Source: Eledone cirrhosa (Eukaryota). Taken from it: 64,000 nucleotides of DNA. The translations under genes were made by a program, and so were the position numbers. The notes beneath the pieces were generated by a model that was given only the letters and a program-made list of their open reading frames with translations, searched no databases and had not been told where the DNA came from. Positions 12,379-25,689 of this stretch are shown in pieces (position 1 is the stretch's first letter; each line of letters starts with the position of its first letter). The stretch spans positions 88,412,001 to 88,476,000 of the forward strand of contig OZ024740.1 of NCBI GenBank assembly GCA_964016885.1, written 5' to 3'.

Positions 12379-15300
12379 ATGGCCATAAGAGTAGGAAGTT
12401 TAAATGTTCGTGGCCTGGGGTCGCCCTGGAAGCAAGGTCACTTGCTCAACGACCTCAGGTCACTAGGAATGGATGTAATTGCCATCAGCGAGACCAGAAT
12501 TTCCGACACACGCGCACTGGCGCCGATTTTCGACGATTATCAGATCTTTGCATCTGTTAGTCGGCCGGGAATGGGAGGTGGAGTGGCTGTGCTGTTTAGG
12601 AAATGTCTGGATCTCGAGGTAAGGTCAATCTTCCGGGATCCTGACGGAAAGTTGGTGGTCCTGGACGTGAGCAATAGCGAAGGTGGTGCCTTTAGACTGG
12701 TGGCCGTCTACGCCCCTACTGGGGCCGGTCGGCCGGACTTCTTTAGGCGCCTGGAAAACTTTCTGCTTACGTCTCGCCCTTTACTGTTAATAGGGGATTG
12801 GAATGGCATCTTAGAAGCACGCTGGGATTGTGTGGGAGTATCTGATAGGAGCGGGGGGTGCAAAAGCCTCAAGTACCTGATCAGCCAGTTTCAACTGTCT
12901 GACAGGTACCGACTAGATTTCCCTAATGCGCCAGTATGGACCTGGACCAATCGCATAGGGTCATCTAGATCGTACATAGATAGGATTTTCATTAGGAAAA
13001 GAGATAGAAATAGTGTAGGATGTCCACATTTTAAAACGGTTGCCTATTCAGATCACAAGCTTGTGATCTGTATGGTCGACCTAGATAAGACACGTAGGTT
13101 AGGACCTAGCTACTGGAAGCTAAACATGTCGTTTCCGGCACGTAAAGCTTACAGGGACCGGGTCAACAACTTAGTTAAGCAAAAGTTGACAGGGGGGGTT
13201 GTCAACAACAGGTGGTGGGGGGCACTCAAAAGAGAGATTAGAGCAACCTCGATAGGATTTAGCAAAGAAGTAGCAATAGAGAAAAATAGAAAGGAGGAGG
13301 GGCTGATAGCTAAGTTAGACGAGGCTATTTGTAGTGGCATTGCAACAGACGTGCTAGCGGCGAGAATGGCACTAGACCATTTCTTCAATGCGAAACACGA
13401 AGGTTGCATTGTCAGAGCTAAGGCGCGTGCTCTGAGGAACGAGGGAACCAAAGCTGCCCGATGGGCTCGCTTTGCAGAGACGCAGCGTGGAAATAAAACC
13501 ACAATTCGGTCTTTGACGGATCGAGATGGACACGAACTGAGCGATTCCAAGCAGATGTGTGAGGCCTTTCGCCAGCACTTTGCTCGATTGTTCGGGAGGA
13601 TGGGTGAGTCGGAGACGGCGGCGGACTTCAGTCCCTACCTCGACGGCTTGCCACGCCTCTCGACGGCCGACGCTGAGCGCTGCGAAGAGCCGATAACATC
13701 AGCCGAAATTCAGGACGCCCTTGTCGGCTGCTCGAGTCGCAAGTCACCCGGTTTGGATGGTCTGCCCTACGAGCTTTACGTAAATATGCCAGACTTGTTC
13801 TCCGATCTCCTCGAAGCGCTCTACTGCAACTGGCAGCAGAACGGGAGCATTCCCAGTTCTGTGAGCCGTGGCGTAGTGACGCTGATAAGGAAAGACGAGA
13901 ACAAGAGGGACACACTAGATAATTTCAGGCCCATAACCCTGCTCAACACAGAGTTTAAGATTTTGGCCAAGGTGTTAGCGAAAAGGTTGGCGCTTGTCGT
14001 CAAAGATTTGGTTGGGGAGGCGCAAACTTGCGCAATCCCGACCAGGTCCATACACGACAACCTCCACCTCATGCGATACATCATAGAGAGGGTTGGGTGC
14101 AAACCTGGCTTCGGTGGGGCTCTGATCAATTTAGATCAATCGAAAGCATTCGATAGGGTCGACCATCGGTACTTGGAGGCTGTCCTCGAGGCGGCTGGCT
14201 TCGGCCCCGTCTTCAGAAGCTGGATCGCTGCAATGTACAGCGGCATCCGCTCGGTGGTCAAAGTTAATGGCCACCTCTCGGAACCGTTTCAGATCTCTCG
14301 ATCGGTCCGTCAAGGGTGCCCTCTCTCCTCCCTTCTGTACGTATTGACTCTTGAGCCTCTACTGCGGAAGCTGGAGTTGTTGCAGGGCATCCCGCTCGAA
14401 CCGGGACGTAGAAAGGCTGCGTCCGCTTATGCGGACGACATCACCGTGATGGTGTCGGACACCTCGGAAATCGAGGTGATCCGCACCCATTTGGAGGAAT
14501 ATGAAAGGTTGACGGGAGCAAAACTTAACCCGGAAAAGTCGGTGGGCTTGCAGCTCGGCACCTGGAGAGGCAAGTCCATGCCGTCCAACAGCGTCGTTGG
14601 GCGCTGGACAGACGGACCGGTAAAGTTGCTCGGGGTTTGGTTCGGACCAGACCTCCAGGTGGATAAGAATTGGGACGAGGTGACGAGCAGGATAGCCAAC
14701 CTCACCCAGAAATGGGCTGAGAGAAAGCTATCACTGAAAGGGCGGGCGGAGGTGGCGAACGCGTACATCGCGTCCGTCATCTACTACCGCCTGACCGTCG
14801 TGCCTTGCCCCCGTCCACGCCTCGCCAATTTGGAACGGCTCCTTTTCAAATTTTTGTGGAGGGGACGGGTCCCGTTGGTGAGGCGGTCCATCTGCTGCCA
14901 GCACCCTCTTCGTGGAGGGCTGGGCATGCCGTGGCTAATGATGCGCAGACATGCGCTGAGGCTGCGACATCTCCAGATATTTTGCCTAAACGGTGAATAG
15001 GTGTGGTCGCCGTTTGTTAGACGGGCCTTTCCGCAGCTCATCTCTTTGACTGAGCTGCAGTCCTGGGTCAAGAAGAGACCGAGACTGGGCGACTGGCATC
15101 TGGAATGTTGCCAGGCGCTCACTGCACTCTGCAAGGTGGGCAATGCGGTCAGTGGAACTTCCACTCAAGATTTCTATAGAGGATTAGTGGAGGGCAAGTG
15201 CGATGACGTACTAGGAGAGGCTCTGGGCGTCAACGAAGTAGAACTGACCAGTATGTTCCGGAGGACTTTCGAGCCGGGGACGATGGATAACTTCCAGAAA

Positions 15301-15798
15301 TCCCTCGCTTGGCAGTGCTACCGGGGGGCGCTGCCGGTTCGGGATAAACTCTACAGGCACGGAAGTGCTGTCAGACGAACCTGCCCGAGATGCGCGCAGA
15401 GCGACGAAACCGTTCTGCACGCACTCGTCCAGTGTCCGTGCATTGCTGACTTGTGGGGTTATGTCGAACAGCTATTGTCGCGTGTAGAACGGATCCGGCT
15501 ATCGTCCGAGTCCATAGTGAAGATTGACCCGCCGCCTTCTTTTGGTCAGGAAGGGCAGGCAATTTTCCTCTGCCTGGTGGCAGTAGCGAAAGAGGTTGCA
15601 TGGTGGACCAGGTTGAAAGGACTGAAGACAGACACTTTTCTCTTCGGCCAATCCCTCATCAACTTCTTCAAGTTTCACTTGGAAAGGAAGGTGAGGGTGG
15701 AGAGAGAAGTGCTGCCCCCCAGTACATTTACTGAAAGGTGGGTGAATGTGGCGAGAATGGCCCGCGTGAGTGGGCCTACTCTGATCATGCGCCTGTAG
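12379..15798 (+). pseudogene. Tx1 ORF2 (APE endonuclease + RT + C-terminal zinc knuckle) with one in-frame TAG at 14998-15000
   Basis: EN motifs SLNVRGL, SET, VYAP, GDWN, IDR, SDH; RT motifs KSPGLDG, FRPITLLN, KAFDRV, RQGCPLS, YADD; C-terminal CPRC..ETVLH..C. The frame continues after the stop. Confidence 0.93.
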
Positions 15799-17225
15799 GC
15801 TGGTGAATTCGAGAAGGAGAGGGGTGCCCTTCCCGGGTGCCCTAGGAGCGTCGGGTGGCTCAGGACTGGTGGGGTGCTTGAGTCAACCCTGGGTGGTGAT
15901 CCCTCTTATTGGGGAACTTTCATTGTTGTATTTTTATTGTTATTTTGTTTTTGTTTTTTTGTTATTTATACTTACTCGATCTCTATGTAAACCCCCACTG
16001 TCCCTGTCTATTGTGTTGTCCCCTATATGTCGGCCCTTGTGGCCAATAAATGAAATCATTATTATTATTATTATTAATAATAATATTACTTTTATTGATA
16101 TTAATGCTACTCATGATTTCTAACCAGGCAGAACTTGCTTCTTAATCCTTTCATGGGTAAAATCTGCGAAAATGAAATTTACGAGGCAAGACAGTTCTTA
16201 GAGGCAAGCATTGTATATAATGTTCTATGGTAAAAAGCTTTCAGAAAATTGATCCGACCAACAATCTTCTGAATAAAATATTCTGTTGATTTCACATCGA
16301 CACTCTAGACATACCCTACCCTAACTAAGTTGATTGAATCAAGGAAAAAGAGAAAAAAATAATCAATGAACCACACAAGGACAAAGTTCAATTATTTTAT
16401 CAGTTTTAAGAAATGGTTCCAAGATTTATGCCCTAACTATCGATTTTTTCGGTCCAATAATGAATAAAGCTTAAAATACAGTTAGTGAACCTACACGAAG
16501 GGTTAATCTTATTTGAACTAAGAACCACGTAGTATGTTGGTTGGACGATGCTATAGTAAGTGAGCTAGGAATAACCCTTGTCCGTACGCAACGTACTAAA
16601 CTACTGCCTTTCTCTTTACAGTCTGTCAACAACTATTAAATATAATGTGTAGCCAAATCTTCAATAAGATAGGAATAGCTGTCATATTTATGCAATTCCA
16701 TCTTGCTATGGTATTACTAAATCAATAATTCGAACACGCTATCAGATATCGAAGAAGTAGATTAACCTTTGCTTTTCCATCTCCGTTTTATCATCAATGA
16801 AGATAAAGTTGCAGAAGTAATTATCCCACAAGTAATTTACAACTGAATTCCTGTTGCATAGTTAATTCATACAGAATTATGTATTTTTAATGCCAGTTCA
16901 ACCCAGTTTATGAATATACTTTAATTCATTCATTCCCCCCCCCCCCCAAAAAAAAAAGGATTGTTTAAAAGAAAGCTAAACCCTCCTCAAACAAACAGAT
17001 TGTTTAATATATTTTCAAAAATCATACATGGTAGATGTTTAGGAGTAAAAAAATAAAAAGGAGCTGACGAAAGGAAATCACGGCATAGTATTTCTTCATC
17101 TTCATCTTATCTTTCAATGCATACCTCATTTCCCTTTTCACACAATATCTTTATTATTCTGTATCAGATTATATTGGAATAATGCAGAATATCTTCGATT
17201 TGTATGAGATGATAATGAAAAACAC

Positions 17226-17342
17226 CTGATTATCATCTATATTAGATTTTGCATAATATAAATCCATTGCAAATACTTTAGCAACAAGGCTAATAAACAA
17301 GCTTAGATACGCAATGAAATGTACAGTGTTATGAAAGTCCAT
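17226..17342 (-). CDS. Possible signal-peptide-encoding first exon of an unidentified host gene
   Basis: TATAAAG 37 nt before the ATG, then MDFHNTVHFIAYLSLFISLVAKVFA-MDLYY..NQ followed by CAG|GTGTTT. No phase-compatible next exon found. Confidence 0.25.
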
Positions 17343-18039
17343 GTTCGCATCCTTCCGGTACTCGCTTGACCTCTTTATACTCCGAAATAGACAAATTAAG
17401 TAACATAATTCTAACAAGGTAAATGTTTGTGTATGTGGGAAAAGGCTTAAAATAAAAGAATATATTATATAAAGGCAGTTAGGCTTATCAGTTCTATTAT
17501 AACTTTTCAGTGTTTATATCGATGGTAGATGTGGAGTCAGAACACTGAAAACTTCCCAACGATAACACTAAGTTGGCAGTTTTCGATCGGGTACTCAGGG
17601 CAAGAGACGATGTGTCGAGGTCTAAATAAGATTGGTCAGTTAATTAAACTACTTGTCAGGAATACAGACAAAGGAAAATGATTATTTGATTTCTGATATT
17701 GGCACATATCATCTAATATAATTTATAGATGTCTAAATTAAATCTGAAGAAGAGAACAATAAATGTTCAAAATACCTAATATATTCTGTTTTGCCAACGT
17801 GCATAATTTGTGTTTCATTATTTTTCTTTAGTTATTTATCAACCTCGATATTAGCTATCACATCATTCCACACTAGCAACATTTCTGCAGGCTATACTAA
17901 TTTAAACAAATCATACTGCACAAGATATGACTCCCTAACTACACGAATATTAATGCTCAACACAAAATTAATCATATAAGACACTATAACAATCACATCA
18001 AGCCACACTAACTATAAAACTGCATATTTCATATCACAA

Positions 18040-18378
18040 GAAGCGGCGATTTAGCAGAGTCATTAGAGTATAAGACAACATGCCTTGCGCTATTTGTTCT
18101 GGCTCTCGACTTCAGCGGGACTCGAACAATCACGTAGATAGCCGGATAAAACTCTGCAATACATTTAAAATGAAAGACAAATTTCACATCGGTGGTGTTG
18201 GACCCAGCCCATGCTTTGCTTTTTATATTTTCTGAGATGATAAATTTAAGTACCAGACGAGATTGTCTTGTGGTATTTGTTCCAGCTCTTAATATGATAA
18301 ACGTAATCAAAGCTATTGGAAAGCATTCGATCATACATCCGCTCGATTAAGGCTGAACTGAGGTTAAACAACAACAAC
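18040..18378 (+). mobile_element. Decayed tRNA-derived SINE(s) with (AAC)n tail
   Basis: Head GGCGATTTAGCAGAGTCATTAG, GATAAATTTAAGTACCAG core and a TAAACAACAACAAC tail. Similar tails end near 8865, 18735 and 26870. Confidence 0.45.
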
Positions 18379-20256
18379 CATAACTATCAAAGTTATTCGA
18401 AGAGAAGTTAAGTTTTGGAGTTTACCTAGGTTTTCCTACAAGAGCATTTGAACACATGACATGATTTATAGATCTGATAGTATTTGCAAAAAAAAAAAAA
18501 AAGAAAAAAAAAGTCATATAAAATGCTGGTACATAATGACAGCCCATGATGAAGTATCTATGTAGTTCCTCACACTGCTAGAAACAACGAATTTTCCTTA
18601 AATCACGCCCTTCTTTTAGAAAAGTCACATTGGATTAAGTGATCTTAGGCACACTGCGACTAGGAAATTAATGTTTACATTGTCTTTCATCCCATGCCTG
18701 CTAAATGAGCGTTGCCTAGAGACTAAACAACAACATGATTACACCAGAATCAATTGATTCATTCTGACCACGAACTCGACATTCTGATGGAGATACGATC
18801 TTGCTACTAAATCTTTGCTACGTTAACCACCCTGCAGATAGCAGGGTGGTTATCGATTGTGTTCATAATATTGATTTCCATCATGGAGACAAGCTCAAAT
18901 ATTTGGGGAGATGAGTGTAGTCAAATATATCGACAACGACGTTAGTACATAAGTGGTATATTATTTTGTAGACGTCGGGCACATTTGACACCAGGTGAAT
19001 CTAAACTCAACAGATAAACACCACATGGTATTTTGTTCGTCACTAATAGTTCTGCTAATCGAGCCTCTAATCTGAAAATATATTGCAAAGGTGAATTAAC
19101 GATATCTTACAATGTATCTCATGCATTATTTCAAATATAAATGAATTTCATATACAGGAAGCGAGATAAAGGAAGAGTTTTCTGCTAACAGTTTATCTTG
19201 AATTCGATGAATAACAGCCCTTATTATTTTCTAGATGACATAAATTAATGAAGAGAATGTATAGTAGATTGAATTAAATTCCAAGGAAGAGTATAGTAGT
19301 TTGCCTCAACTTGATTGGAATAAAATTCGCCACGTTAAGGGAAATTAAACACAGTAAATACGTTAACCCTGCACTCTATCATATCCGCTACTCCATCATA
19401 TTGAAACCGATAATAAAATGTTAACGTGATCTTGTATACTATAAGTAATTTTAATTTTATTTCTATGCTAACTTCTTGAATATATTACAATTATTGCTTT
19501 AATAAACATCAAGAAGAATAAATGTATTTGACATTCTATCTATCTATCTATCTATTTTGTATCTCGTTCTCTGTATATATACGTCTATGTTTTCTGCCTA
19601 CATATTGTTATATCATTTGTTTGGATAATTCAATTATAGAAGCTTTTATATATCCATTGACTAAATTATTTTAATCATCATCCAAGATGGCACCTTACTT
19701 TTACTTATAGCCTTTCTTGGAAAGTTTGAAATCTAATGGCTCTTTGCATAATTTGATTTCAGCTTTAAATCAAAAGTTTGATATTTACTTTAGCAGATGA
19801 GAAATTGAACGATATTAAATACTATATGTTCGCCTGTGCCATATATTTTATCCCCGTGTCGAGCAAAATTGACAAATAGATAAATAGATGCACAAATGTA
19901 GACCGATAAATAGATAGAGTAAAATATATTGATTAATATATAAATAAATCTACGTAGATCTTGAAATTTAAATAACAAAATTCTTTTTTAAAAATGATAT
20001 AGCACTTTGGATTTGATTCAATAGATCTTAGCCAAATGGAACACTGTAATGAAATTTAAAATAATTTCTACTTTCAGCTTTATCATATTTTAAAATTCAT
20101 ACATATCAGAATTAACAATTCTCTTCAAAATACTTTGACACATACCAATGTATATAGCGGCCGATGGCAACTTCTTTTTCCGTCTTTAAGGTTCTTCACC
20201 CGATTTTATAAGTTATTTTATAACATTCTCACGCATGAGCAGATCAGGAGACCACG

Positions 20257-20315
<59 letters not shown>

Positions 20316-20374
20316 TGCATATATATAAGTGCATATAAAGATATATATATATATGCACTTATACATTTCCCGAA

Positions 20375-20495
20375 TACCAAATTTTACTCACAATGAGGCT
20401 ATGTTAGAAGACACTGGCCTAAGAAGTCGCACAGATTGAACCTGGAGCCACGTACTGGTGAAAAGACTTCATTAAACCTACAACCACGCTCCGCA
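20375..20495 (-). mobile_element. Decayed CORE-type tRNA SINE
   Basis: Plus strand GAGGCTATGTTAGAAGACACTGGCCTAAG..TTGAACC is the reverse of a CORE/B-box arrangement. Confidence 0.4.
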
Positions 20496-20778
20496 TGTGT
20501 TTGTAAATAATTTATACTGTTTTCTCTAACTTTCGTCATTATTAATCCGCCCTCATCAACGTCAACTTCAATGACATCATCGTCTCTGTCATTCTTGTTA
20601 TCATCAATTTGAATTTCATATATATTGCAATTATCTACGTAAATACATAAACAAACCAGAGGCAGACTTTATTTAGCTAATACTATTATGTATTTTTTTA
20701 GAGATACGATTGTAAATAGAGCTATGAAATTTAAATAATGAATAAAATGTTAAACTGATGTTGTCCGTTTTCTCTTTG

Positions 20779-20865
<87 letters not shown>

Positions 20866-23035
20866 TGTATATATATATATTTATCACACACTATATATAT
20901 TATATAGTATGTAGTTTTATGGAAATGTATGGATATTTAGGGTAAGATAGGTTGTTACAATTATGTACAAAATATGTAACCTTTACAAAACCTTAAACTA
21001 TTTAAATATTTTACAGTTCTTGGACAAGCGATCACGAAAAAAAAAAAGAAAAAGAAAATTGCTCCATCTTACAGTAATGACGAAACTTATTTTGCCAATA
21101 ATGGGATTGAGATTGGCGATGATGGGATTGAGATTGACGTTTAAGAGTTTGAGGTTGATCATGAAGAGTTTGATGTGAACTCCCTGTACACACAGTGGGC
21201 TTGAAAAGGGTGTTGAGAGGGAAGGGCTCATGTGTGGATAGTGCTGGATTAATTCGAGTACCTCTAAATAAGAATTTTCTTAATTGCCAGATAGCAGCAG
21301 AGTTATTACAAATGTTAGCGAACAGTTCTAAATAATTTATTATATCAAACTCAAGTTTAAGCATGTTTGATATAAAATCATCCTGGGGTTGTTATTACAT
21401 CTGATTGCTTCACAATTGTTATTTTAAATAGTTGATTATTGGTGCATCTTGCCTATAGGAAAAGAAAGAAATGAAACGAATTAATTCTCAAAATTACTTC
21501 TGTGCGTAATTTCCCACACCATAGGGGTATTTGGGCTATACATTTGACTTACCCTATTTTTGTGTGGCACCACATATCTAGACCTTCAGTATAAGTTCTA
21601 GACCATCCCCTAATAATACCTGAGGGAGATCTGAAAATATTTATGGAGAATATATATCAATCATCTAATTGATGAACCATGTCTCAAAACGCTTTCAGTT
21701 CTGGGAAGAGATTGTTCGTTTTTATGTTTATGGCGCCTCGGAGAGATTAGACTCCTGTTACGCTGTCTACTCGCTCAGTTACGTTAAAAGCAGCAACAAG
21801 ATGAATGAGTTATTCGCTATAGTTGCAAATAAAATGTTCTAAAATCTAATTCAAACTATATTGTTTGTTATGTTCAGTATCATTAATCTTTAACTTCAGC
21901 TTGTACTTCATTAAATTTTCTTAGGTATTTTGTCAATTTAAATGTAGCTTCTGCATTGTTTATTATTTTCAATGTCATATCGTTAACCTTTATCTTAAAA
22001 TGCTATAAAACGTAATTTTTCATATTTCCAAATCCATTTCAATATAATTTATATCACCCGGCTCAACAATGCCGCTTTATTGTATTTACAATGCTTATTT
22101 GGCAGAACATTTTAGACAGCAAATATTGTTCGGAAAACGCGGTTCGCATATTGACTTATAACACCGAAAATTATATAGATGATGAACATGAGGGTGTTGA
22201 TGATGATGATAGTAGTGGTGGGGGTGGCGGTGGTGATGATGATGATCTTGACGATAATGATGATGCTGAGAAGGTGGATAGTGAATGTGATGGTGTTGGA
22301 AATACATCCAGTATGTAAAATTATTTCGTAACCATATATAAATTTATAATTTCTTTAATGTCAAGGACGTTTCCAATATTTCTGATACTCTGGAGCTATT
22401 CCTTAGTGAATATGATTAGTGTGGAGAAATAGCCGCCCTATCGTATCCTAACCTGTTTAATTTTCAGCGTTACCACACCCAACTGAGTTAAGACGAAGGA
22501 CGTTATGTATGATTGCCACAGTATCTTGTTGTTCACCTTGCATATTTCACTCAATGTGGGAAAGGCGAAAGCATAGTGATTGGTTAAATTTGAACCTCAT
22601 GACAAAATTTCAAATGAAACATAAACCCAGAATATATACAGAAACGATATCTCGTCTGTCGCCGTAACATTTCGGTTAACTCACGGCTCTTAACTTGTAC
22701 TTTGTAATGCATTGAGGATAACATATTTTTGAATGCCAAATTTAGCTAATGCTTAGAAAAATCAGGCAAAAATATTATATACACTTAAAGCTTAAAACTT
22801 ACATTTTTTGTTATACAGCAACTGCTGGCGATATTCGCTTTATTGTCATTATTAAAACCACGCTCTTGGCATATATAAATGGTTGGATAGATTGCCGAAA
22901 GTGTTCGGTTCCATGTTGTCTTTCTCCACATGTACTTTATTCAAATTATTCAACTCTTAGTTATTGTTGCTATTTGTTATTTATAGTTATTTATATTGAG
23001 GCTACCTTATTTCAAAATCCTCCAATGCTTCATGT

Positions 23036-23068
<33 letters not shown>

Positions 23069-23079
23069 CACACACACAT

Positions 23080-23116
<37 letters not shown>

Positions 23117-23160
23117 AAAATACATGCACACAGGCACACATATATAATATATATATATAT

Positions 23161-23944
23161 CAACTAGAAATTGATTGACATATATATATCTAAAATAAAC
23201 ATATGAAACAATCACAGAGGATAATTTGTAAAAGTGTGTAGCACACATAGCTAGGTAGGTAACTAAATAAAGTTTAACTTGAACTTTAAAAATAGATACC
23301 TTATGAATTGATTAATCTTCCTTGTATATATTTCATTAAAGAAATATATTTCACCATCAATCGATTGGTAAACGACAGTAGCCAGATCCTGGATTTTCAA
23401 CAAGGAAGAGGGCTAACCATCTGTGTTTACGCATCACATTCAACTCAGTGACTCGCCAGTAACACGTGCTGTATTTACTAAAAATACACACATCGTACCA
23501 GCTTCGTCCCAGTGGCGTGAATAGAGTTATCGACAACTAGAAATAGCAGTCAAGTCCTTTCAACTGAGTTAGCTCTACAATTAAGGGGCCGTATTTATAT
23601 ATATCCAAAATTAAGTTAAATTAAGGGTGTCATGTCAGATAGACATGCACCATATCACCCGTAAAATATGCTCCAAGATTCCAATGAATAGATCCGAGCA
23701 TTTTACGTCAACTAGAAATTGATTGACATATGAATATATCTAAAATAAACATATGAAACAATCACAGGGGATAATTTGTAAAAGTGTGTAAGCACACATA
23801 GCTAGGTAGGTAACTAAATAAAGTTTAACTAGAACTTCAAAAATATATACCTTATACATTTATTAATCTTCCTTATATATATTCCATTAAAGAAATATAT
23901 TTCACCAATTAATCGATTGGTAAACGACAGTAGCCAGATCCTGG
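23161..23944. repeat. ~1.4 units of a ~550-bp tandem repeat, related to 5461-6250
   Basis: 23161-23392 is repeated at 23709-23944. Confidence 0.9.
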
Positions 23945-23950
23945 CTTTAA

Positions 23951-24256
23951 AAGTCAAATATATTGTATATATAATCAACGGAAAAAGCAACTATGCTAAA
24001 CACCAACATTTTGTGCACTTGTTATAAAGTCTCCTATTTTTTATACATATACAATGTTTTCTTTTATTATCTTTTTCCTTATACAACGTGATCTGCATAG
24101 AACGTTTTCTAACGTCCACACTTTTGTCAATATATATATATATAAAAAATGTATATATATGGATATATAATAGGATACTTTATAACAAGTACACAACATG
24201 TTGGTGTTTAGCATAGTTGCTTTTTCCGTTGATTATATATACAATATATTTGACCT
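23951..24256. mobile_element. Non-autonomous DNA transposon, Kolobok-like MITE
   Basis: About 100-bp TIRs (AAGTCAAATATATTG.../...CAATATATTTGACCT) with TTAA on both sides (23947-23950 and 24257-24260) and purine-purine termini. Confidence 0.75.
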
Positions 24257-24575
24257 TTAAATATTTGACTTATTTATTTTATTTTACATTACTCCGGAGT
24301 AACCAAACCAGCCTGCGCACTTCGTCGAGTGCTCCATCTGCATACTGAGGTGTCGGCAAACAACCAACATATACTCAAAATATATATAATATATACAAAT
24401 GGAAATCATCAGGTCTTTCCTGATGATTTCCTTCGAATGAAACAGTTCTAGTCCTGTAGATGACGTTTCTATATTAAATATATATACTCTGCTCTGTATT
24501 GAGTACCACACTTACTGCGGTTACCCCCGATTGTACATGGGATACATAATATATCTATATATATCTATATATATA

Positions 24576-25153
24576 TCCTTATCTATAAACTGCAGATTGT
24601 TGTTGTTGTGTGTGTGTGTGCATGTTCCATGTTTATACATTTGCACAATTTCAAACCAATTCAATTCAATTCACTGTCTGTAAGAATGTTGTAAATGGTT
24701 TAACTTAAGTCAACGACTATTTACCTTTTTCCAACTCAACCCCAAGATAAAACTAAATACATGACGCTTTACCCCTCTAATACAATCTTATGACCTCTCT
24801 CTACTCCCCTTAAACATCGACAAAACTACATACATGCTGCAACTTTCTCTTATATACGCTTAAACCCGCACCTTACCAACTTCCTTTAGGAACGCGGAAG
24901 AAAGAAGAGAGAAAGAAATGAAGGAGACACACATTAGACAACCACCCCTAATGAATAGACAGGATATCAAACTGATTCGACTAAAAGTCGGTAAGAATGT
25001 TGTAAATGTTCTAACTTAAGTCAACGACTATTTATCTTTTCCAACTCACTCCCAATTACATTTTGTGTATAACATATTTAAACGTTTATTGATTGAAAAC
25101 AGAAACAACATAGAGATTTTTTTACCCCGAGCAACGCTGGTCTTTAATGCTAG
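24576..25153 (+). mobile_element. Non-autonomous Helitron
   Basis: 5' A|TCCTTATCTATAAAC followed by a GT-rich tract; 3' CCCGAGCAACGCTGG hairpin then GCTAG|T; internal ~65-bp direct repeat (24680 and 24991). Confidence 0.7.
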
Positions 25154-25351
25154 TATATATATATATATGTATATACATATGCGGTCGGTTTTCTTGGTGT
25201 CACAATTTATAACTGTGTGTTTACTTTGGACCTAATGATTTTAACTTTCGATCCATTGAATGCTTTGGAATTGCATTCATTAAAACATATAGTACTTGCT
25301 GTACAACAGTTAAAACTTCACAACTATTACACACACACGCACAAACCCTTA

Positions 25352-25458
25352 TATATCAATCATCAGTCTGAGGAGCAGATCGATACTGGAGTCGGGTCCA
25401 TTACTCGTATGGGTCCCTTGAGCCAATCCTCTGCGAAACGCGCGAAACATGACGATAT
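25352..25458 (+). ncRNA. Decayed hammerhead motif with long stem-II insertion
   Basis: CTGAGGA-GCAGA-(~50 nt)-TCTGC-GAAA-CGCG; flanks ATATC..TCAT and ATGA..GATAT can pair as stem I; UH site lost. Confidence 0.5.
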
Positions 25459-25689
25459 GCAATAGATATTTTTCATATGTAAACCAAACTTCCGATTTTC
25501 TTTTCTATTATATATGTATATATATATATAGGAACGAGTAGGACCCCGACGGCTGAGCTCAAGCCGTTTTGACGGCTAATTCTCGACTAATTACTACCCT
25601 AAGTATTGAGTACTTTGGTGCGTTATGGTCCACCTGGTTCCTTACCACATTTCCTTCGTTATATATATATATATATATATATACAGCAA

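Larger units (their letters stand above)
10226..16057 (+). mobile_element. Full-length L1/Tx1-clade LINE, family 1
   Basis: Begins immediately after (ATT)n; two ORFs; 3' UTR with AATAAA at 16045 and an (ATT)n tail from 16058. Confidence 0.93.

Noticed and set aside
14998-15000. Programmed stop-codon readthrough in Tx1 ORF2
   Set aside because: Family 2 copies have CAG (GDQ-VW at 60118-60120) at the same position, so a C-to-T nonsense mutation is the simpler explanation
10429-15601. Antisense and alternative-frame ORFs over the LINE coding regions
   Set aside because: Shadow ORFs of GC-richer coding sequence, with no motifs
16777-16850. Second exon candidate (NSVVNYLWDNYFCNF..) for the 17342 ORF
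   Set aside because: Open only in a phase incompatible with the phase-0 donor at 17225
20905-21400. 110-aa minus-strand ORF (21032-21364) next to (TA)n
   Set aside because: No recognisable motif; possibly a repeat fragment but cannot be supported
22170-22300. Acidic/Gly-rich and His-rich ORFs
   Set aside because: Degenerate (GAT)/(GGT) trinucleotide repeat
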